Shown piece by piece: positions 46,083 to 52,328 of a DNA stretch of 52,328 nt. Position numbers and translations under genes: made by a program. Position 1 is the first letter of the stretch. Every line of letters starts with the position of its first letter. The stretch is from an uncultured archaeon (GTDB lineage Archaea > Altiarchaeota > Altiarchaeia > IMC4 > QMZM01). The stretch covers positions 2,484 through 54,811 of the forward strand of contig CAZJVE010000009.1 of assembly GCA_964549685.1 (NCBI GenBank), given 5' to 3'. Below the pieces are notes generated by a model, which was not told where the DNA came from, searched no databases, and saw nothing but the letters and a program-made list of their open reading frames with translations.

Positions 46083-47135
46083 ATGAAAAAGGCGCTAATC
46101 ACCGGAGTAACTGGGCAGGACGGGGCGTACCTGGCAAAGTTCCTCCTGGAAAAGGGCTACGAGGTCTACGGCACCTACCGGAGGCTGTCGACCCCGAACC
46201 TCTGGAGGCTGCAGTACCTCGACATCTTCGAGAAGATTAACCTGATTCCCGCGGACCTGCTGGATTCCGCCTCGATATCCGAGGCGATAAAACTATCGGA
46301 GCCTGACGAGGTCTATAACATAGCAGCACAGAGCTTCGTTGGAGCAAGCTTCGAGCAGCCCATAGGGACTGGAGAAATAACCGGCCTCGGAGTCACAAGG
46401 GTCCTGGAGTCCATAAGGGAGATAAACCCGGATATAAAATTCTACCAGGCATCGACCAGCGAGCAGTTCGGCGACGGCAACAGGGAGTCGCAGAACGAGA
46501 ATACTCCTTTCCACCCGGCATCTCCTTATGCCGCCGCGAAGCTCTACGGCTACTGGATAACCCGGACATACAGGGACGGCTACGGAATCTTTGCCTGCAA
46601 CGGAATCCTCTTCAACCACGAATCTCCCATAAGGGGGCTCGAGTTCGTGACAAGGAAGATATCCAATTCCGTTGCAAAAATATCCCTCGGCCTGGAGAAG
46701 GAGCTGCATCTTGGAAACGTTGATGCAAAGAGGGACTGGGGCTATGCCCCGGAATACGTGGAGTCCATGTGGCTCATGCTGCAGCAGAAGGAGCCCGACG
46801 ACTATGTTGTTGCAACAAACGAGGCGCACTCCGTAAAGGAATTCGCCGAGCTCGCGTTCGACCTGGCCGGCCTGAACTGGGAGGACCACGTCAAGAGGGA
46901 CAAGACATTCCTGAGACCATTGGACGTTAATTTCCTGCACGGCGACCACTCGAAGGCCAGGAAGAAGATTGGCTGGGAGCCGAAGGTAAAGTTCAAGGAG
47001 CTCGTGAAGATAATGGTTGAAGCCGATGTAGACAGATGGATCCGGTGGCAGAACGGGGAGAGGTTTCCATGGGATGCTTCCAACTATCCCAACGAGAACC
47101 AGATACTTTCGAGAAAATTAAGATTCGACAGGTGA
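46083..47135 (+). CDS. gmd: GDP-mannose 4,6-dehydratase
   Basis: ALITGVTGQDGAYL, AAQSFV, YQASTSE, SPYAAAK, ILFNHESP, FVTRKI, RDWG. Confidence 0.96.
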   Translation: MKKALITGVTGQDGAYLAKFLLEKGYEVYGTYRRLSTPNLWRLQYLDIFEKINLIPADLLDSASISEAIKLSEPDEVYNIAAQSFVGASFEQPIGTGEITGLGVTRVLESIREINPDIKFYQASTSEQFGDGNRESQNENTPFHPASPYAAAKLYGYWITRTYRDGYGIFACNGILFNHESPIRGLEFVTRKISNSVAKISLGLEKELHLGNVDAKRDWGYAPEYVESMWLMLQQKEPDDYVVATNEAHSVKEFAELAFDLAGLNWEDHVKRDKTFLRPLDVNFLHGDHSKARKKIGWEPKVKFKELVKIMVEADVDRWIRWQNGERFPWDASNYPNENQILSRKLRFDR

Positions 47136-47139
47136 GTCA

Positions 47140-47538
47140 ATGCCGGAGAGAGTAGAATTCAACGGAAAACTGTTCGCATTAATTCTTCGCAGGGAGTTTG
47201 AGCAAGAGGGTGCGAATTTTTTTACCTCCAAGGAAAGCACGCTGCAGCTCGGAGTCCTCGGACATAAACAGGGTGCCGAGATAAAGCCCCACATCCACGA
47301 GAGCGTTCCAAGGACCATAGACCGGGTGCAGGAGGTTCTGCACCTGGCGCACGGAAAGGTCCAGGTCGATTTCTATGACGAGGGGGGAAAGCCCCTGGGC
47401 AGCAGCACACTCAACACCGGGGACACCATACTGCTCACGGAGGGCGGCCACGGGTTCAGGATGCTGGAGGACTCGAAGATGATAGAAGTAAAGCAGGGAC
47501 CCTACATCGACAGGGAGACTGACAAGAGGCACTTTTAG
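47140..47538 (+). CDS. Cupin-fold protein (WbuC-like)
   Basis: PHIH...QEVL...GGHGF...EVKQGPY. Confidence 0.75.
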   Translation: MPERVEFNGKLFALILRREFEQEGANFFTSKESTLQLGVLGHKQGAEIKPHIHESVPRTIDRVQEVLHLAHGKVQVDFYDEGGKPLGSSTLNTGDTILLTEGGHGFRMLEDSKMIEVKQGPYIDRETDKRHF

Positions 47539-47541
47539 AAA

Positions 47542-48648
47542 ATGATTCCCGTTTGCGAGCCGCTACTCACAGGAAAGGAGATTGAATACGTTACCGATTG
47601 TTTGAAAACCAACTGGATATCCTCCAAGGGAAAGTACATCGAGAAGTTTGAGAACGGTTTTGCGGAGTACTGCGGCGCGAAGCACGGAATCTCCGCATCC
47701 AACGGAACTACTGCATTACATCTGGCCCTCGCCTCCCTGGGAATAGGGAAGGGCGACGAGGTCATCATTCCGACCTTTACCATGATAGCTACTGCCTTCT
47801 CGGTTGCCTACTGTGATGCAACTCCAGTCGTCGTGGATTCAGAGCCGGGGACCTGGAACATGGACGTCGGGCAGATAGAGGGCAGGATTACCGACAGGAC
47901 GAAGGCGATAATGCCGGTCCACATCTATGGACATCCGTGCGACATGGACAGAATAAACGAGATTGCTAAGAAACATAACCTCCTTGTCGTTGAAGACGCC
48001 GCCGAGGCCCACGGAGGGGAGTACAAGGGCAGGAAGGCGGGCAACCTCAGCGATGTGGGCTGCTTCAGCTTCTATGCCAACAAGATTATAACCACGGGGG
48101 AGGGGGGAATGGTTGTAACCAATGATGATGCGATAGCCGAAAGAGCAAGAAGTCTCAAGGACCTTTCTCACATGAAGAACAAGAGATTTCTGCACGACAT
48201 GGTTGGCTACAACTACAGGATGACGAACATCCAGGCGGCCATCGGTTTAGCGCAACTGGAGAAGCTTGACGAATTCGCAGAGATGAGGAGAAAGAATGCC
48301 CGGCTCTACAACGAGCTTCTCTCAGATGTCAGGGGAATAACCACGCCGGTGGAAAAGGACTACGCAAAGAACGTCTACTGGATGTACTCCATCACCGTCG
48401 GCAAGGAGTTCGGAATGACCAGGGACGAGCTCATGAAAAAGCTGGCGGAGAAGGGCATAGAGACCAGGGCGTTTTTCATCCCTGTCCACAGGCAGCCGGC
48501 CTTCCTGGAGATGGGCCTGTTCAAGGGGGAGTCGTATCCCGTCTCAGAAGAGATATCCGGAACCGGACTATACCTTCCATCAAGCAGCGGACTCAAGGAA
48601 GATGAGATTAACACGGTCTGCAATGCAATCAAAGACATCCAAAAATGA
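47542..48648 (+). CDS. per: DegT/DnrJ aminotransferase, probable GDP-perosamine synthase
   Basis: WISSKG, NGTTALHL, PVHIYG, EDAAEA, SFYANKIITTGEGG, GYNYRM, LPSS; adjacent to gmd. Confidence 0.85.
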   Translation: MIPVCEPLLTGKEIEYVTDCLKTNWISSKGKYIEKFENGFAEYCGAKHGISASNGTTALHLALASLGIGKGDEVIIPTFTMIATAFSVAYCDATPVVVDSEPGTWNMDVGQIEGRITDRTKAIMPVHIYGHPCDMDRINEIAKKHNLLVVEDAAEAHGGEYKGRKAGNLSDVGCFSFYANKIITTGEGGMVVTNDDAIAERARSLKDLSHMKNKRFLHDMVGYNYRMTNIQAAIGLAQLEKLDEFAEMRRKNARLYNELLSDVRGITTPVEKDYAKNVYWMYSITVGKEFGMTRDELMKKLAEKGIETRAFFIPVHRQPAFLEMGLFKGESYPVSEEISGTGLYLPSSSGLKEDEINTVCNAIKDIQK

Positions 48649-48667
48649 AGGTCAAGGAGATTCAAAA

Positions 48668-49852
48668 ATGAAGGCGATACTCACCCACAGAAGCGTTTTC
48701 CCGTTCCACAGGTCAGAGGACGTGAGATGTGGAGGAGGAAACAAATACGTCTACGGCCTTGCCAGGAACCTGGTCAAGGAGGGGGTCGACGTTGAAATCA
48801 TCACATCCCTGGACAGGAACTTCCATGGCAAGGAGAAGACATACGATGGTATTAATTATACTTTTATATATCCTAACGTTAACTGGAGGAAGAAAAAAGC
48901 CCCATGGAACGTCCTGTTCAGCCTGAACATACCCCGCTACCTCAGGAAAAAGGAGTTCGACGTGCTGCACACCTACGAGATATCGTCCTATTTCTATCTC
49001 CACAAGAAGAAGAGGAAGCCCGTCATAGCACAGCCCTTCGGCTTCGAGCCCTTCATGGACCCCAAAACTCATGAGATGAGAAAGTCATTGTTCAAGCGGA
49101 CCTACATCGACCTGCTCCTGAGGCACACCTACCGATACTGCCTTACTCATGCGGACAAGGTCGCCCTGGAGGGGACCTTTCAGCACGACATAGCAGAGGA
49201 ACTGTCCCTGAAAAGGGAGAAGCTCTTTGTGCTTCCAGTGGCAATCGATATCGGACTGATGAAACAGAGGCTGGAGAAGAGCGACATCTCGCGGAAGGAC
49301 TTGGACATAGGCGATGATGACTTCGTTCTGATTTCCGTAACCCGGCTGGACCCGAACAAGGGCCTGGACTATCTCATCAAGGCATTTGCCCTGCTCAAGA
49401 AGGAGGTGCCCGATGCAAAGCTCATCTTTGTCGGCAAGGGCCCGGAGGAGCATAACTTCCTGAACGACCTGAGGAAATTCGGGCTGATGGACGACGTCCG
49501 TCATCTAAAGGACGTTCCCGAGGATTCGTTGTATTCCTACTACGACCTCGCTGATGTCTATGTTTCTCCAACACTGCAGGAGGACTTCATGATGAGCATC
49601 CTCGAGGGGATGGCCTCCGGCCTGCCTGTGATAAGCACAGGGCAGGAGTTCCTGGTTGAGCATGGAGCCAACGGTTATGTTGTCGAGAAGGAGAACCCCG
49701 AGGCCATGGCAGAGAGGATGATTGAGCTCGCCGACAAGAAGGACCTGCGCAAGAAGATGTCCGCCGAGTCGCTAAGGGCGGTCGAGAAGTTCGACTCCAG
49801 AAACGTTGCCAAGGTCGCAATCAGAAACTACGAGGAGCTGATAAATGGATGA
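48668..49852 (+). CDS. Glycosyltransferase family 4
   Basis: GGGNKY, TRLDPNKG, VGKGP, EDFMMSILEGMASGLPVI, GANGYVV. Start ATG 48668 preferred. Confidence 0.9.
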   Translation: MKAILTHRSVFPFHRSEDVRCGGGNKYVYGLARNLVKEGVDVEIITSLDRNFHGKEKTYDGINYTFIYPNVNWRKKKAPWNVLFSLNIPRYLRKKEFDVLHTYEISSYFYLHKKKRKPVIAQPFGFEPFMDPKTHEMRKSLFKRTYIDLLLRHTYRYCLTHADKVALEGTFQHDIAEELSLKREKLFVLPVAIDIGLMKQRLEKSDISRKDLDIGDDDFVLISVTRLDPNKGLDYLIKAFALLKKEVPDAKLIFVGKGPEEHNFLNDLRKFGLMDDVRHLKDVPEDSLYSYYDLADVYVSPTLQEDFMMSILEGMASGLPVISTGQEFLVEHGANGYVVEKENPEAMAERMIELADKKDLRKKMSAESLRAVEKFDSRNVAKVAIRNYEELING

Positions 49853-50536
49853 GAAAAAGGCCATCGAGTGCCTCCGGGATTTGAAGCAAATCATGGACGA
49901 TGCGGGGGCCGAATTCTGGCTCGACCAGGGAACCCTACTTGGGGCCGTCAGAGACGGCAAGATAATCCCCTGGGACGACGACATAGACCTGTCGGCGATA
50001 GACACCGAGAGGACAAAGGTACTGGAGCAGATACCCAGGTTCGTGGACAAGGGCTTCCATGTTGTAGCATCGGACTTCAACATAACGCTCATGAGAGACT
50101 CCGTACCCATAAACCTCAGGATGGTGAGAATCAAGGGGGACGATGCATGGTCCCTCTTCTGGAAGGAATAAAAATGTATCCCCGGCATATCGTAAGGAAA
50201 ACGTACATATATCTGTTCAGCAACAGGAGGGTCATGATTGCTAACAGGCTCTTCGAGAGAAGCCCCGGGATTGTAAAGGAGATTATCAGAAGGCTGACCT
50301 GGAAGGTGAGAAAGCACTGGGGCAAGCACTACATCCCACTCGTCGTGCCGAAGCACTACTACGAGAAGCTGGGCTCCACACACCTGTACGACATGGAGTT
50401 CAGGACCCCCTCAAGCGTCGAGAAATACCTCGCACTGAAGTACGGCGATGACTGGAAGAAACCAAAGAAGGAGTGGATATACTGGAGGGACGACGGGGCG
50501 AGGGACCATGACTTTGACATTGGTGAGGACATATGA
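49845..50536 (+). pseudogene. licD: LicD-family nucleotidyltransferase-fold phosphotransferase split by a frameshift (49845-50171 and 50174-50536)
   Basis: N-part WLDQGTLLGAVRDGKIIPWDDDIDL; C-part in the -1 frame PSSVEKYLALKYGDDWKKP. Break at TGG AAG GAA TAA / ATA AAA ATG. Confidence 0.8.
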
Positions 50537-51972
50537 AAAACAATTCCGTAACGCTGGTCAAGTTTGACTCGAAGTATGCAACGAAATACAGCTATCCCCT
50601 GTCGATAGTGACAATAGGCAGCGCCCTGAAGAGGGCAGGCTTCGACGTGGAGCTGATTCACTGCTGCGATGACGACCTGGAAGGGCTCGTAAAAAAGGTC
50701 CTGGAGAAGAAACCGCTATTCGTCGGCTTCTCGGTGATTACATCGGCATCCATAAAACCCACGGCCGAGGTATCGAGAACCATCAAGGAGAAGAGCAAAA
50801 TCCCGGTAGTCTGGGGCGGAATCCACCCCACGCTCCTCCCGGAGCAGTGCATCAGCGAGGACTACATCGACATAATCACCCTGGGCGAGGGCGAGGAAAC
50901 GGCCATTGAGCTTGCGCAGAGACTCAGGGACGGCAAATCCCTGAAGGGGCTCAAGGGCGTCTGGTACAAGGATAAGGGAAAGGTCGTGAAGGAATCCCGC
51001 CGCGAATACATAAAGGACTTCAGCGACTACAGGATAGACTTCACGCTGCTCAACCCCGAGGACTACTATCACGAGCTCCACGGCTCCCCCAAGGGCTTCG
51101 ACTACATGGCGAGCAGGGGATGCCCGCACCACTGCGGCTTCTGTTATAACGCCGTTTTCAACAAAAGGACGTGGCGGCCAATCTCCGAGAAGTTCGTCAT
51201 AGAGGACATAGAATACCTGAAAAAGAATCACGGCGTCGACGCGGTCTATTTCCTTGATGATAACTTCTATGTTGACAAGAAAAGGGCCCTGAGCATCCTG
51301 GAGAAGGTCAATCTACCCACCTACACCGAGATAAGGATAGACTACATCGACGAGAATTTCATCAGGAAGCTGAAGGAGGTCGACCCGAAGCTGATTCTGG
51401 TTGGAGCGGAATCAGGAAGCGACAGGATTCTGAAGCTAATCGGCAAGGGATTTACTGTCGAGGAGATGAAGGAGGGGGTAAAGCTCTTTGCAAAGTATCA
51501 CATCCCCGCTCATTATTCGTTCATCCTGGGGCTGCCGACCGAGACAAAAGAAGAAACCGGGGAGAGCATCGACCTCATGTTATGGATACACAAAAACCAC
51601 CCGGAGGCGCTCTTTACCGTTGGACAGTATATGCCCTATCCCGGCTCGGACCTCTATGACTTTGCGGTCAAGTGCGGGTTCAAGGAGCCGAAGGATACAG
51701 AGGACTGGCACAGGATAGACCGGTTCAAGCACACCTTTGAATTGCCCTGGATAGACCAGAAGCTGACCTATTTCGTGAGAGAATACTTCTTTTTCTTCTC
51801 GACGAGGATAAAAATCATACAAAAGGTATGTGCGCTGAGGCTGAAATACAGGTTTTTCCTCTTCCCAGTGGACCTCTGGGTGCTGCATTTCCTCTACAAC
51901 ACGATAAAGCACAAGGACAATATCATAACCAAGGCCGGGAAGAAACTAATCAGAATCCTCCAGAAGGTTTAG
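50533..51972 (+). CDS. Cobalamin-binding radical SAM protein
   Basis: YPLSI, VWGGIHPT, GEGEET, SRGCPHHCGFC, DDNF, GAESGSD, GLPTET, PYPGS. Confidence 0.92.
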   Translation: MKNNSVTLVKFDSKYATKYSYPLSIVTIGSALKRAGFDVELIHCCDDDLEGLVKKVLEKKPLFVGFSVITSASIKPTAEVSRTIKEKSKIPVVWGGIHPTLLPEQCISEDYIDIITLGEGEETAIELAQRLRDGKSLKGLKGVWYKDKGKVVKESRREYIKDFSDYRIDFTLLNPEDYYHELHGSPKGFDYMASRGCPHHCGFCYNAVFNKRTWRPISEKFVIEDIEYLKKNHGVDAVYFLDDNFYVDKKRALSILEKVNLPTYTEIRIDYIDENFIRKLKEVDPKLILVGAESGSDRILKLIGKGFTVEEMKEGVKLFAKYHIPAHYSFILGLPTETKEETGESIDLMLWIHKNHPEALFTVGQYMPYPGSDLYDFAVKCGFKEPKDTEDWHRIDRFKHTFELPWIDQKLTYFVREYFFFFSTRIKIIQKVCALRLKYRFFLFPVDLWVLHFLYNTIKHKDNIITKAGKKLIRILQKV

Positions 51973-52240
51973 CTTGGCAGAAACGAAACCTTTTTAAAGG
52001 GGGAGCGATAAATAAATAAATCCAACAAATAGATGAAATTCTCCGGAAACCGAAACCCGGAGGGCAAAAAAACGACAAGTATTTAAATGGGAAAATGGTA
52101 AAATCTAATAACGGTGAGGGCTATTTATATAGGAGAAAAACTAATTGTTAAGGAAAATGGAAAAGGTATCTAATTTTGGGAGGAGTAGAACGTTAATCGA
52201 TACAATCAAAACAAATTCTAAAGAAGGAGGAAAACTAAAA

Positions 52241-52328
52241 ATGGATAAAAAACTATTAATGTTTGGACTGGTATTATTTGGTATAATTGGAATGAGCGGA
52301 ATGGCAAGCGCCGGATTCAATATAAATA
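52241..52328 (+). CDS. 5' end of a secreted protein (signal peptide), truncated by the window
   Basis: AGGAGG at 52225-52230, then MDKKLLMFGLVLFGIIGMSGMASA-GFNIN with AxA cleavage site. Confidence 0.7.
   Translation, partial: MDKKLLMFGLVLFGIIGMSGMASAGFNIN

Overview
Most likely an archaeal genome segment (inference from compact/overlapping genes, AT-rich TATA-like divergent promoters, an NxS/T-rich surface glycoprotein with Thr linkers; Altiarchaeota-like lineage is a guess). From left to right: (i) folate one-carbon genes (purN partial, folD, glyA; metV-metF); (ii) a 1541-aa secreted LamG/beta-helix surface protein with an apparently identical 938-bp internal duplication; (iii) a ~42-kb surface-glycan biosynthesis and modification region (GT4/GT2/GT-C glycosyltransferases, flippase, neuABC, gmd/per, five SAM methyltransferases, two B12 radical SAM enzymes, split licD). 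Embedded in it are two tnpA-less TnpB (IS200/IS605, IS1341-type) elements whose ends and target motifs can be read from the sequence, a PhnDCE + metallophosphoesterase + three cytidylyltransferase + EamA operon, and a putative sulfation operon built around a pyruvate kinase-ATP sulfurylase fusion, a P-loop kinase, a PHP phosphatase and an alkaline-phosphatase-superfamily enzyme, with no canonical sulfotransferase. A low-GC radical SAM gene sits between two diverged copies of the 3' end of the upstream gene, which looks like an integration scar. No rRNA, tRNA or CRISPR array was seen. All calls are by-eye motif recognition; no database search was run.
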